From Protoeuglena noctilucae (Eukaryota): 64,000 bases of DNA. The DNA is taken from assembly GCA_958009085.1 (NCBI GenBank), contig OY253677.1:558001-622000 (forward strand), written 5' to 3'. The stretch's first letter is position 1; each line of letters opens with the position of its first letter. The translations under genes were made by a program, and so were the position numbers. The notes beneath the pieces are model-generated. The model was not told the origin of the DNA. It did not search any database and worked only from the letters and a program-made list of their open reading frames with translations. Below, one piece after another: positions 26,625 through 40,042 of this stretch.

Positions 26625-29600
26625 ATGCAGAGGAAACGCAAGCAGCTGCGCCTCACGGCGAAGGAGGAGGCTTTGGAGATTGAGCAGCTCGAGCGCGTAC
26701 TGAAGGAGCACGCCCCGGGTGCGCGCGGCGGCGAGCGGGCGGCGCGGGTCCTGCACGGCTCCCGCGCCGCGTCGGCAGGGGTTGTTATCTTGCTCCGCCG
26801 CGTCCCCGCTGCGCAAATGTTTGCGAGTAAAACGTCTCGCTACGTTTCCCGGCCGCAGCCGCGGGGACGAACCCGCTGGCGGTGGAGCACCCGCCTCCCG
26901 GGTCCTTTGTGGGCGTGAAGCGCTTCGACGACCTCCCGCTGAGCCGCTACACGAAAGAGGGGCTGCGTCACCTCAAGTTCAAGTCCATGACCGCCATCCA
27001 GCGCGCGACGCTGCCGCACACGCTGTGCGGGCGCGACCTGCTGGGCGCGGCCAAGACGGGATCCGGGAAGACCCTCGCTTTCCTCCTGCCGCTCGTCGAG
27101 AGGCTCTATCGCCTCCGTTGGAGCGCCATGGACGGCCTCGGGGGCCTCGTCATCACGCCGACGCGCGAGCTCGCGCTGCAGGTGAGGGTGTAGCTGGGGC
27201 AACAGGGGCAGGGGTCTGGGTTGTGGTTATAAACGGCCAAGTGCAGCTCGTGCGGCTCTTTTCACTCTCCGTTTGGTACTTCTCGGTGCGGTTGGCTTCT
27301 CTATTGCTTGGTTTCGGCAAGTAACCAGGTGCAGCTGGCCTCTCTCTCGCCCGCACGCATTCCTTCGCGATTTTTACGCCGAAATCCCCGTCCCGCGCTT
27401 CCCTGCGCAGATTTTCGAGGAGCTCCGCAAAGTGGGGATGCACCACACCATGTCCGCGGGTCTCCTGATCGGCGGGAAGGACGTGAAGGAGGAGGCCTCC
27501 CGCATCGCCCGCCTCAACATCCTCGTCGTCACGCCGGGGAGACTGCTGCAGCACATGGGTGAGTGACTGATAGCGATCGGTGTTTGGATGTAGCATTACT
27601 GGGCGAGCGCAGCGCAGAGCAGGGCGTATGTGCCAACGTGAAGGGACCAAAGCTATCTCAGGGCTGTCTGTGTCAAGCCCATCTTTGCTTTGCTGCCAAT
27701 CACTGCACGTCCTGGTCATGACACCCACATCACTCACTCACTCACCCTCACCCACTCCCTCACTCACTCATTCACTCACTCACTCACTCCCACCCCCTTC
27801 CTTCCCCCCTGTTCAGACGAGACCCCCCTCTTCGACGCCACGTCCCTGCAAGTGCTTGTCATGGACGAGGCCGACCGCATCCTCGACATGGGGTTCCGAG
27901 AGACGCTCACCGCGATTGTGGACAACCTGCCCCGTCGAAGGCAGACGCTTCTCTTCTCAGCCACGCAGACGCGGTCGGTGGGGGACCTGGCGCGGCTGTC
28001 GCTGGAGAGCCCGGAGTTCCTGGCGGTGAGGGGAGGAGGGTGTAGCGACATAATTATGTAACAGTGTAATAATGTAATGATGTAATGGTACAGAGGATTG
28101 TCCATGCCGACTCTTCTACCGCCACCCCCCTCACTCGCACACCCTCACCACCACTCTACCACCACCACCCCTTGTCACCCTATCCTCTCACTCACTCACT
28201 CACCCCCACCCTTATCCACTCCCCCCCAGGTGCACGCCGACAGCTCCACCGCCACCCCCCTCAAGCTGCAGCAGGCGGTCACCGTATGTGCCGCACACGA
28301 GAAACTGGACGTGCTGTGGTCGTTCCTTAAAGCACATTTGAAGTCCAAGGTCATCGTGTTCCTGTCCACGTGCAAGCAAGTGCGGTTCGTGTTCGAGGCG
28401 TTCCGGTGAGGGATGCTGTGATATATGAGTGTTATGAGTGTAATGAATGTGATTGGTGTTGCTATTAGTATTGTCATTGTGAAATGGCATGGTAGGTGAG
28501 GGTCGTGTTCGAGGCGTTCCGGTGAGGGGGATGTTGTGATATGAGTGTATAATTTTGTGTTATTAAATAGGTAGTGTTAGTATTGGCAGTGTGTAGCATG
28601 GTAAGTGCGATTCGTGTTCAAGGCGCTCCAGTGAGGGGGTGTTGTGTGGGTGTTATGAAAGTGATTGGTATTGCCATTGGTATTGGTATTGGTGTGGCTA
28701 TTGTTATGTGGCACGGCGAGTGTAGTGTGCTTCACCCCTCACCCCCACTGCCACCCTCATTACCACCCCCACCGCCACCCCACCACTAACCCCCCCTCAC
28801 CTCCCCCCCCCCAGCCGCCTCCGCCCCGGCATCCCCCTCCGCGCCCTGCACGGCAAGATGAAGCAGCAGAAGCGACTACTGTGCTATTACGAGTTCTGTG
28901 AGGCAAAGCACATGTGCCTACTTGCGACGGACATCGCGGCGCGTGGTTTGGATTTCCCAGCCGTCGATTGGGTGGTGCAGTTGGATTGCCCCGAGGATGC
29001 GGCGACGTATGTGCACAGGGTGGGGAGGACGGCGAGGTGAGGGGGCTGTGGGGGGATGGGGTGGGGTGGGTGGGGTGGGTGAGGTGAGGGGTTGGGGGGG
29101 GAGGGTGACTGGGGTGAATAAGGGTGACACCTCATGCCATCTTTGTTGACCATCAGCAACTAAAACTGAATACAGTTGCGCACCCCACAACCCATCGCCC
29201 ATTGTCACTTCCTCTCCCTCACCTCAGGTACACCAACGGCGGCCGTGCTCTGGCGGTGCTGACTCAGCGCGAGTCCCAGGGCCTGCTCCCCGCGCTTGGG
29301 GAGCGGAAGATCCCGGTTCGAGTCATCCGGATGAACCCGGAAAAAAGGCAGCCGGTGGGGCCGGCCCTGGGGGCGCTGCTCTCCAAAGTGCCGGAGGTGA
29401 GAGAGGGAAGGGGGTGTTGATGAGTGCAAGGGAGGGCAGTGATGGGAGTAGATAAGAGTGGGGCTGATGACGTATGTTAAATCCCTCACCACCTGCATCT
29501 CTTACCCCTCATCTCAAATTCTCATCAATTATATCACCATGATTATACCAATGCCAATACCCCACCCCTCCCTTCCCCCCCAGCTCAAGTCCTTTGCCCA

Positions 29601-31782
29601 GGGCGCCCTGTCTGCCTATCTCAAATCCGTGCATCTGCAACCCAACAAAGCCATGTTCGACGTTTCAAGCATCGACGCAGCTGAACTGGCGCTGTCGATG
29701 GGGCTGGCGTCACTGCCGCGATTGCGCTTTCTGCGAGAGAGGGGGGGGCGCATCATTGAGGGAGGGGGGGAGGTGGAGGGTGGGGATGGGAGTGGTGGGA
29801 GTGAGGGGGGTGGGGGGAGCGAGAGTGGGGGGAGTGAGGGGGGAGAGGGGTGGGGGGTGGGGAGCGGGGGGGATGAGGATGAGGATGGGGATGGTGATGG
29901 GGATTTGCTGGCGGTTAAGCGGACGCATCGGTGGGATGTGGAGGTGAGGGGGAGGGGGTGATTGATGAGTGGGTGGGTGTGTGGTGGGATGTGAGAGGGA
30001 AGGGGGAGGTGGGTTCGTGGCGAGGGCAGTATCAGTCGCGCTCATGAATCCCGTACTATTCAGTAGTATGTATTTCTTATCACTCACTCATCCTGCCCTT
30101 TCCACCCCAGACCGAAGAACCCCCCGGCATGCCTTCTTACCCCACCGCCCCCGACGTCGCCGTTTCCGGCGCCGCCCCCTCCCAGTCTGACAAAAAGAAA
30201 AAGAAGAAAAAGAAGGATCGATTGAAGATAGATAGGACGTATTGGGATTATCCAATCGGGTGGTGTTCACGGATGATGGGCGGGCAGTGGCTGGGCTTGA
30301 CCTGTTGGGGCATGTGGGGGGTGACGGTGATATGGGTGGTGGTGCTGATGGTGGTATGGGTGGAGGTGGTGGTGGTGGTGGTGGTGATATGGGTGATGGT
30401 GGTGGCAATGTGGGTCGACATGCAAACCCCAAAGAGGGTTTGGATGTGGGGGAGCATGGGACGGCTGCCGAGAGGTTCCTGCATGCGAGGCGGGTGCTGA
30501 TGGAGAGGGACAAAGCCGACAGGGAGATGCAGGTGAGGGGGTGGGTAGTGGGGTGGGGGTGTGTGGGGTTGTGGTGGGTATGGGGTGAGGGTGTATGGGG
30601 TTGTAGTGAGGTAGTTAAGTTGAGGTGAGGTGAGGTGGGGGCTGAGGGTGTATGGGGTGTGGGGGTGGTGTCGTGGGTTGTGGTGCTGGTGCTGCTTATG
30701 AACTGCTGATTGGGTTTTCAAAAGCATGCCTAAATTTTCTTCCCCCCCCCCATCTCCTGTTTTCAAGAGCATGACTGAGCTTCCATCCCCCCTCATCCCC
30801 CCCGCAGCGTCAGCGATTGAAGGAGCGCCGATTAAAGAAGAAAATGAAAGAGAGGGAAGGGGATGACGAGGAGGTTGGGGCGGTGCTGGGGGGGAGGTGC
30901 GTTACTCATGGGGGATTGTGCGTTGTGGTGGTGTAAGGGTGTGCGTGGGGGTGTGGGGTGGGGTTGTGCATGGGGGGAGGTGCGTTGAGGTGATGTGGGG
31001 GTGTAGGGTGGGGATGTGGGGTGGGGCGGTGCTGGCGGGGAGGTGCGTTGTGGTGGTGTGGGGGTGTGTTTGGGGGTGTGGGGGTGTGCGTGGGGGTGTG
31101 GGGTGGGGCGGTGCTGGAGGGTAGGTGCGTTATTAAATGAGTGGGTGGCTGTTGGGGGAGGGGGTGAGCTGCATTGTGTGGGAGTGGTGTGGTGGTGTGG
31201 GGGTGTGCATGGGGGGAGGTGCGTTGGGTGCGGGGGTGTTGGGAGGTGAGTCGTTCTCAGCACTTCTGTTCACTACCCATTCTCTCACCTGCCCGCAGCA
31301 GCGATAGTGGCAGCGACAGTGGCGGTGGCGGCGACAGCGAGAGTGACGGTGGGGCTGCGAGGGCCGCTATCGGTCGCCGTGGCTCCCAGCAGCGCAGGCC
31401 ACACCCCACATCGTCGTTAGAAAACAGCGACGACTCCGGCGCTTTTGATTCTGGCAACAGCGACGTTTCTGACGATGACAGCGGGGGGGCGGGTGTGGAG
31501 GTGGCGTGTGCGGGGATGGGTCGGAGGGACAAGGGGGAGGGGGGATTTGGGTTGGGTGCGCGCGAGAAAGGTGGCAAGCGGGGGCGGGAGGCTGTGGGAG
31601 TGGGGGCGGATGCGGGTGCGAGGGGGAGGGAGAGGGGCGGTGCGAAGCGAGGGGGGCTGGCGGTGGGTGGGGGTGCGGGACGGGGTGATGAGGCGGGGGT
31701 GCGCAAGAGGGCTAGGAAAGTGGTGGAGAAGCTGAGTCTGGCAGAGCAGGAGGCTTTGGCGTTGCAGCTTATCGGAAAGTGA
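26625..31782 (+). CDS. DDX10: DEAD-box RNA helicase DDX10/Dbp4, multi-exon
   Basis: Q motif [67 protein letters not shown]-terminal [11 protein letters not shown]. Confidence 0.95.
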
Positions 31783-32117
31783 GAGTTTGTGATGGGTGGG
31801 GATTGCGGTGGTTTGGCAAGTGAGAGAGGGGGCGAAGGGTGGGTGGGTGGGAGAGGCGACAGCTATGCTCGTGTGATGCTGATGTTGCTGATGAGGCTTC
31901 TCTTTCTTTCAGAGTAGAATTGCTCTCTCGTCATGCCTCACTGCGCTTTCTTCAATGATACAACCATCGCATTTTGAAAGTCTCCTCATCACGCTCTCCA
32001 TCACGCGGCTCTGAGTCTGGATACAATAGTTGAGTCTGGATGCGTCGTGTGACGTGACCCTCCCTCTCTCGGCCTTCACTCGTCACGCGCCCCTCATTTA
32101 AATGGCCTTAACCACGA

Positions 32118-33178
32118 TCACTTGGCCTTGACCGCCCCCCCCGCCTGGTCCGCCACGATTCCCTTGCCGACAACCACCAGCCCCAGCGCCACGATCCCCG
32201 CCTGCCACGCCGTGGTGTACGCGCCCTTGTTCATGTTGGGGTACGAGACGCCGAAGAAGGCCACGACCAGGCCGAGCAGGAAGGTGACGAAGCCGAACTG
32301 GCTGCGAAAGGAAGCCACCTTGCTCACTCACTGCTCGTTCCCGTAATGGCACCGTGCTTGATATGTTAAACATGGCACATCATATCATCCACGGTTCATC
32401 ACATCATCAAATCACAACCCCCCTCCTCACCGGTGGCGCTGCTTGATGACGCCCTGGACGGAGCGGGGGAGGAGGTCGAACAGACCCAGGCGCTTGAAGG
32501 CGAAGGCGCCCCCGACAGAGGCGCCCACCGCGAGGATCACAGCGGCGAGGCCGACCTTGGCGTGCGGGGAGACGAAGTGCGGGTAGCCGAGCTTGTTCTT
32601 GTTCATGTAGATGGCCGCGAAGCCGCCCAACGAGCACACGATGCCGAGGTTCTGCAGCGCCGAGTGCGTGAAGATGCGCGACGTCCGTGCCTCGCCCGTC
32701 ACGCGGCGGAAGTCGATCGCCCTCATGATCCTGCGGTGCGCGAGCAGGTAAACGTGATCCTGCGCAGCGGGGCCACTGAATTCCGCGCGATCCCGCGCAG
32801 CGGGGCGGCTTAGTGTTGCGCATGAAGCGTCGCAGTAATCGGGGCGATTCGGACCGCGAAACCCGACCTTCCGCGGACCAAGCGGTTTGTTACAGACCGA
32901 TCGAAGCATTGCGCGTGTCTCAGGCGCAAGGGGGCCTCTCGGGGCTCGCGACCGTCGCTGAAGGCATCCCGCATGACGACGTAAGCGCGGCGGCCCGGCG
33001 CATCCGGGCCCGGAACGGCGGGAGCTCACCCCTGCGCCATCAGTGCCAGGAACCCGACGCTCATGAGCATGGGATGCCACGAGAAGAGCGACCCATCGTT
33101 GAACTTGTACACGATGGTGCCCGCGAGGCCCAGCGTGAGCGCGTGGCCCGCGACGTCCAAAGCGGTGGCGGCGTCCAT
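32118..33178 (-). CDS. Cytochrome b561 domain-containing transmembrane protein
   Basis: LFSWHPMLMSVGF, THSALQ, NKNKLGYPHFVSPHAKVG and KQRHR supply the four heme His ligands. Confidence 0.88.
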
Positions 33179-33357
33179 CTTTTCAAAGAGATGATAATCG
33201 CAGCAAAGGAGGAGTGCGGCCCAACACGCACGCCAGCTCTGGGAAAGCGCCCGCGCTGTCCGTGCCAGCCGTGTCGACCCCTGGCAGGCCTATCGCGGGC
33301 TATGCATGCGCCGATAGGCCCTGCACCAGTGTCAGTCGCATAGACAGCCCGCACCGG

Positions 33358-34641
33358 TCATTGGTAACCGCTCCCGAACCACTGCACGGGGCGGACGGAG
33401 CATGCGCACGATTTCCTCCCTGCAAGCCATCCCGACGAAGCGGCGTTCACCTGACACGTCAACGCTCACCTCCTCGACCTGCTCCGGAGTCAGGTCCAGC
33501 GGAATGGACACGGCCGTGCCCACCACTGGGCGAGCGGGCATCCCGTTGCGCGCCCTCGCCGGCTCATGCAGGAACTGCGCGACGGGAAACTGATCAAAAA
33601 GCGTTACGTCACGTTTCCAAAGCGGCGGATCCCGCGCAACGGTCGCGCTCGCGCAGCTGCAGCCAGCATCTGTTTCTCGCCTGCCGCACGCGCCCGGTCG
33701 ACTTGAGGAGGTCGAGCATCAGCCCCACGCCCTCGAGCTTCTCCATGTACGCGGCCTCCGTCAGCGGGAAGCTGCGCTGCTCCAGGTGCAGCCACATGAC
33801 GTTGAGGCTCACGATGGCCTTCCCCGGCAGGTCGCGGCGGACGAACGACAGGTCGCAGCTCTTGCCGTACTTCTTGTACAGCAGCTCCCGCAGCTCCGTC
33901 GCCGTCAGCCGCTGCTCGCCCTCCTCGTCGATGCTCCTCCCCGCGGCCACCATGTCGATCGATCGACGCAGCGAGTCGGCTATCGCACCGTCGTCCGCGT
34001 CCTCGAACGAAGAGCTCGCGGAGGGCGGCCCGCTCTCCGCCTCCGCCTCCGCGACCGGAGACCCACCGGCGACGCGCGCCTGGGAAATGCGCGCGGCGAG
34101 CCCGTCCAGGTCCAGCTTGCCCTCCTCCTCCCGCTGCTTCCGCTGCCTTCTCCTCCCTGCGATAGATGGGCATCGCAGCGCGTCTCGACTCGCATCTCGA
34201 TCGCGTCGACAGCACCACTGGCAGCAGCGCCGCACATCGCGACCGGCACACGGGCCGATGCGAGGCCGCTTCGCCACGCACCCCTGCCACTGCCTGAGAC
34301 GCCAGATGCGGCTCGACTTGGGCGCCCAGCTTTCGAAATCCATGAAGTCTCGCAGCGCATCTGCGGCAACGCGGCGGGGGCGCGCTCTGAGGCGCTCGAC
34401 CTGGGCTCGGCCCGCCCGTGCAATGCTTCGGCGCGTGGCGGGCGACGAGGGCCCGCGAGACGTCGCCGAGCTAAAACCGGTCGTTTGACGCCGCTGTGCA
34501 GTCACCTCCTAGGGATCGCGCGGGCGCGAGGCGCCCAGTCCGGCGCGCGTGCCACGCTTGGCTGGGGAGCTCCCTCCCGCTCGCGAGCCGCCCGATGGCC
34601 ATGCACGGCGGAAGCCCGCTGTGAATGCTGCAGGACTCCAT
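33358..34641 (-). CDS. DUF3067 family protein, probably plastid-targeted; start approximate
   Basis: ELRELLYKKYGKSCD, LNVMWLHLEQRSFPLTEAAYMEKL, RPVVGTAVSIPLDL...EE|WF. Intron 33575-33680 is GC-AG. Confidence 0.85.
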
Positions 34642-35314
34642 GGCTCCGTCCGCCCAAACCACCGCGACCGCTCCGGAGCGCTGCGCTGTGCTTGAGACCT
34701 CGTCTGGAGACACCTCGAGCGCGCAATGACTCCGGGATGACCAAGCGCCTTCACTCGTTGTTAATGTGAGGCCGGCGCAGTGTCGAGGACGACGTCTGCG
34801 GGTCGAACAAGATTGTCTGGCGCACACCAGCAGCGTCCGCGCTCGGACCGCTGGCGGCTCCGTGATTGCTTCAGCATTGTGGAGAAACCGTATAAAAGTA
34901 ACCCTTGCCGTGGACACGCGCGAAGTCTCTCCAATTACTTGGGAGCGCTCACGTTGCATGCGCGCATTTAGGGTTGGTAGATGGCTTGCTCGTGCGTTAG
35001 CGGATGCCGGCAACTAAATCAGGCGTCATGGACACGCGAAATAACCGATGCCAGTGCGCGCCCAAGACGGGGCCGCTCAGTCGCTCCGCGGGCCTCCGAC
35101 CACGCTGATGCGGGATGCAGTCCCGGCGCTGGCGAGTCCAAGACGAAACAGAGCGTGCGGCGAGTGGGACTGAGCAGTTCCGTCGCCCACTTCGTCGATG
35201 TCGGCGCGAGGTGCGTCGAGCAACTGTGACGACCCGCCCTCGACCAGCTTTGCGCTGGCCCCGCATCCCCGCGTCGCCGCGCGAGGGCTTAAAGCATGCA
35301 GATGACGACATTGT

Positions 35315-37074
35315 ATGGATAATATGACAAGGTATCTGCATGGACCGTTTGAGCCTCAATCCGCTCATAAGAGTCGCAGAGGGAAGGGGCCGTGCGAGCC
35401 AGTCTTTGACCGACCCCGCCGGGCGTCCAAGTCCCCCGGGAGCGGTCATCTGCACCTCTGGATCGACAGCGACGCCGGCGTCGACGACATCCACGCCATC
35501 CTCGTGGCCATCGCGCTGGTGTCGGGCCGCGCATCGTCGTCGCGTCCCGCGCGCCTTGAGGGCCTGTCCTTAGTCAATGGCAACATATCCCTTGAGCAGG
35601 GCATCGTCAACGTGCGACGCGCGCTGAGACTCTTCGAGGTGCGGGACGCCGATGCCAGCTGCCAAGCCACGCCGCAGGCACACACACGGCCCCACTCGCC
35701 AGTGCCACGTCCCGTGTTTGACGTGCTCCCGTTGCCCCTGTCCGGCACCACATCGCCACCTTCTAACGCTTCCTGCAGGGCGGCGAGGGCGTGCCAGTGC
35801 ACTTTGGAGCCGCGGAACCCATTATGGGCCTCGCCACGGAGCCCGACGGCTTCTTCGGCAGTGATGGTCTCGGGGACGTGCCGGCCCTGCACCCGGCTGT
35901 TACGGAGGACCTCTGCTGGCCCGAGCCCACCGGGGGGGCCGCAGCTGCGCCGGGGCCGTGGAGCCACGGGGCGGTGAAGCTCGTCGAGGTGAGAAGCGAT
36001 ACCGTTTCTGATGAAGCTGCAATGTGTTAATGGGTATCACATTCGTTGCACTCTGCAACTGAGACCTGATGCCGCACTGGGAGGTGAGGTGGCTGGAGCA
36101 CGTGCCACCCCATGCGCATGCCTCGAGCCATGACGCTATCCACTGGCCCTGCAGAAGGCACATGCGATGCCCGGGGAGCTCGTGGTGGTGGCCATCGGGC
36201 CGCTGACCAACCTGGCCCTCGCGAGCCTCTTAGAGCCCGACCTGCCGTCACTCATCAAGGAGGTCCACGTGATGGGCGGCGCCGTGGGGCCGGGGAACAT
36301 CACATCGCACAGCGAGTACAACTTCTATTTCGACGCCGAGGCAGCTGACGGTGAGTGGTTACCCAAAGCATGGGGTGTCGCGTGTGTCGGCGTCGTCAGC
36401 CCCCGCCCCTTGACGCCGGGATGACTGACACGGTGCGCGCAGTGGTTGTGCGCAAGTTCCACGGCCTCAAGCTCTACACCTGGGACCTGGCCAAGCGCGC
36501 CGTGGTGCCGTGGGGCGCCTGGGACCGACTGGCCGCCTCCAGCAGTCCCGCAGCACGATTCGCGACCGGGTAGGGCAACAGCGAGCATGTGCGCCTGGAT
36601 CGCAACTCCCATGTCACCTACTTACGGCGTTTCGCTCACCGTAGTGACACCTGCGCTGCCGCCCGCAGCATCGCTCAGGCGTCGATACAGCGGTCGGGCA
36701 GCCGCGCAGGGCCGGGCTACGTGCTGTGCGACCCTCTGTGCGTGGCGGGCGCCGCGCGGCCCGAGATGCTCCGTCTGTCGGGGCCCAAGGTGGCCAGGGT
36801 GACGGTGGGCGGGGAGGAGCACGGGAGGCTCGTGGTAGGGGACGCACCACCTGACAGCGGCCTCCCGACCATTCAAATCGTCGAGGTGAGGGCGATGGTG
36901 TCGGCTAGCTGGGAAGACCGCGACCTAGGTTGGGTTGCACTGAGATGTGGACCTTCAGCACAGCATCCGAGAGGTGGCTCGCAGGACGTGGACATGGATT
37001 CGCTGGTGGGGCTGTTCGAGGAGTCCCTGACTCAGCTCGTGGCGCCGCAGGGGCTGCAGTCCTTCTCGCCATGA
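35315..37074 (+). CDS. Nucleoside hydrolase (IU-NH family), multi-exon
   Basis: DxDxxxDD motif (IDSDAGVDD), VNGN, FGSDGLGDV, AIGPLTNLA, MGGAVGPGNITSHSEYNFYFDAEAA. Confidence 0.92.
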
Positions 37075-37233
37075 CAGTGGCAGCAACCACAATGTGTCGG
37101 GTGCTTGAAATGCTGCACATGACCGATCCAACCAGCATAGAGCAGTCGCAGAGCATGTTTCCACCCTAACTAATTGAAAATTCAATGTCAGTGCGTCCAT
37201 CGCAGCGGTAGCCTCCCATCCCCCCATGGCTCC

Positions 37234-39620
37234 TCATCGCGGCACCGTCGCCACGTCCGGCGGTGCCGTGCCGCCGCGCTTGGCCGTCCCAAAGGGCCCT
37301 TTTTCTCTCGCCTCCACGAGCTGAGCTAGCCAAGCCTGCAGCGTCGCGTCGCCCTTGTCCGCCGCCGCCGCCGCCGCCAAAGCGCACACGGCGGAGTGGC
37401 GCCACTGGCACAGCAGGGGCGCGGACTCTGCGCGGACGTCGCAGAGTCGAGTCACCAAGGGACCCGACGCGCACACCACGCGCGCGCCCCAGGGCCGCTC
37501 CGCCAGCGCAGTGATCAACCGATAGCACGCCACGCGCAGGTCCTCAAAGGGCTTGCTCAGGAACTGCAGGAGAACGGTACCTGCGGGGGTAAAAGGGCTA
37601 TGTTGCAACTAAATGTCGCAACTTACGTTCGCTCCCCTCACGGTCCCACATGCCGCGACCACCGCTCACCGACCGCTCCCCCCGCATTGCCGTCCTCTGC
37701 TGCAGCCGCATGCAGCGCCGCGCTGGCCACGTCTTCACAGGACTCGGGCAGCCCTGTGCTCTGCGACCCACTCTGTGATGTATGCGTGCCCGCACCCGTA
37801 CCCGCACCCGCACCCGCACCCGCACCCTCGTGCGCACCCAGCAGGGACGCCAGGGCGTGCAGCGCCGTGACGCGCGACGACTGCGGCGCCTGCGAGCCCA
37901 GCGCCCACTCCGCCACCGCCACAGCCAGGCCCAGTCCTGGCACGAGGGCCAGGGCGGCGCCCTCCCGGGTCATACCTGCAAGAAACACGGGCAAAAGAGA
38001 TATCAAGCACTGCTCGCGTGCACCGCCGTGGCCCATGCGCACAGCGAGCACACCGCCACGAACGTGACAACCGCCTCACACCCCGCCCAACACACGAGCA
38101 CCCCATCGCACGACACCCCGCGACCACCACACCATCCGTGGCTCACCGAGCCCCCCCGCGGCGTCTAGCAGAGCGTCCCTCGTCTCTGCGGGCGTTAAAT
38201 CGTCCCGGAGAGCCCCCGCCACCATCTCCAGCAGCTTGTGGGGTGCGCCGGGCGTCGCCATGTCCGGATGGCCCGCGTGTGCCGCCGCCGCAATGAAGGC
38301 CGCCCCGGCAGACACAGCCGCCGTCTGCGGGGGGCACGGTGCTGTCGCGATCACACCAATCACAATTCACCATCCTTGCACTCGCTCCTTCACTGAGCAG
38401 CCTACCCTGACCCACCCAGGGGTCCTCGCCCATTGACGATGTTAGTTGTCAACTAACACCCTCGCTCCCTCCTCCCCCCGCCGCTCACCCGCGTCATGGG
38501 CTCAGCGTCGGGGTGGTGCACGAGCCGCACGACCCGCGGCATGAAGATGTCGTAGAGGTGCCTGCCGGCCTGGCCAGGCGAGGCCTCCGCCATCGCGCGC
38601 GCCTGCTCCATCGCCACCGCGCAGGCCAGGGCATCCCCAGGGCCCCCCTCCGCGTCCAAGCGGTCCAGCTCCGCAGCGAGGCCCTCCAGGAGCCCCCGGC
38701 TGCGCGTCGCGGCCATCCCGGCGGGGGAGAGGGCGGCAATGCGGGCCACCACGTCCGACGCTCGCGCGCGCACCTCGGCACGGGCGTCCTGCGTCAGAGC
38801 GCGCAGGTGGTCGCCCGCGCCCGGCGAGGGGCCCAGGATGAGCTGCATGTGCGCGTCCGACGCCGCGGCTGCGGAGGGGAGGTTGGGACTCACTCAACTG
38901 GGAAGGGGGCGAGGAGGGCCGGCCGCGCAGCCTGGGCGAGGCGAGCGGGGCGCACCTGCGTCGCGGAGGGCGTTCGCCGCTGCGGACGCGACCCCGGGGT
39001 CCTCGTCCCGGATCCCATCCACGCACAGCTGGAGCAGGGCGCGGGGGGGCCCGGACGACGCAGCCGGGTGCGCCAGGACGGCCGCGCCGGCCGCGTGCAC
39101 CGCCAGCCGACGCAGCCTGTAGTCCGGCGCCTCGGAATCCCGACAAAGCGCCGCGGCCAGCTCCGCGGTGGGCCGGGCGGCGACGTCCGGGTCCGCGAGC
39201 ACGACCGCCAGGCCTCGCATCACTGCGGGAGGGGACGGGGGGGTCTCTCAGGGGGGAGAGAGACTCGCGACGAAAGCATTATGGTGTGAAGACAAAGATC
39301 CGATCGCCGCGCCGGGGATCGCCGCGAACGCGGGGCCGGCCAGCCCCCGGCTCGCCTGTCTCCATCTCCCCCTCGCGAATGTCGTCGTCCCGAAGGCCCT
39401 CCAGCACCCCGCCCACCCGCGCGATGGGCCATGACCGTAGGAAGTCCTGCGCACTTGCGGGGACGGCCTCGGGATCGGCAGTCGCGGGGAACTCGCTCGA
39501 CAAACGCTCGCGTGGGCGCGCCCGAGCGCGGCGCACCTGCACGCGGTTCTCCCCGGCCGAGTGGGCCAGCTGGACCATCTCGCAGGCCTCCACCAGCTCG
39601 GCGACCTCCGCGTCGGGCAT
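37234..39620 (-). CDS. PSMD5: 26S proteasome assembly chaperone PSMD5 (S5b)-like, ARM-type, multi-exon
   Basis: C-terminal KPFEDLRVACYRLITALAERPWG...WRHSAVCAL...EKGPF; helical repeats upstream (EVRARASDVVARIA). Confidence 0.8.
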
Positions 39621-40042
39621 CGTCCTTTTAGAAGGAATTCTAAGCCCTGCTCTCAATACAAAAGCCAGCCAGCGCGCGTCTTGTATTCGATTCTCCGTTT
39701 CGTCCCGCCTCGTCTCGACCCTGGGGAGAGCGACTGATGAGCAGCGATGTCCGCGATGGCTGCGACGCTTTTCAATGGCACACGCCGTCGTCGTGGCGTG
39801 TCGCGCAACGACAGTTGCCGCGTGATGCGAGCGCTGCTCCGCAGAGAGACAGCCACATGCGTTTTTTAAGTTTAGTAAACGGGTGCCCCGACCCAGCTGG
39901 GGCCCGGCACAGCGCTGCGCGGCGCTCGGCGGGCCCAGCAGCATCCTGATCGTCGCTACTGTACGTGAGCGCCCCGCGCATGCACCTGCCTGGCACGCCG
40001 CGCAGCTGCCGCAGGGAGACCCCTGCACGTGAACCTGCTGCC

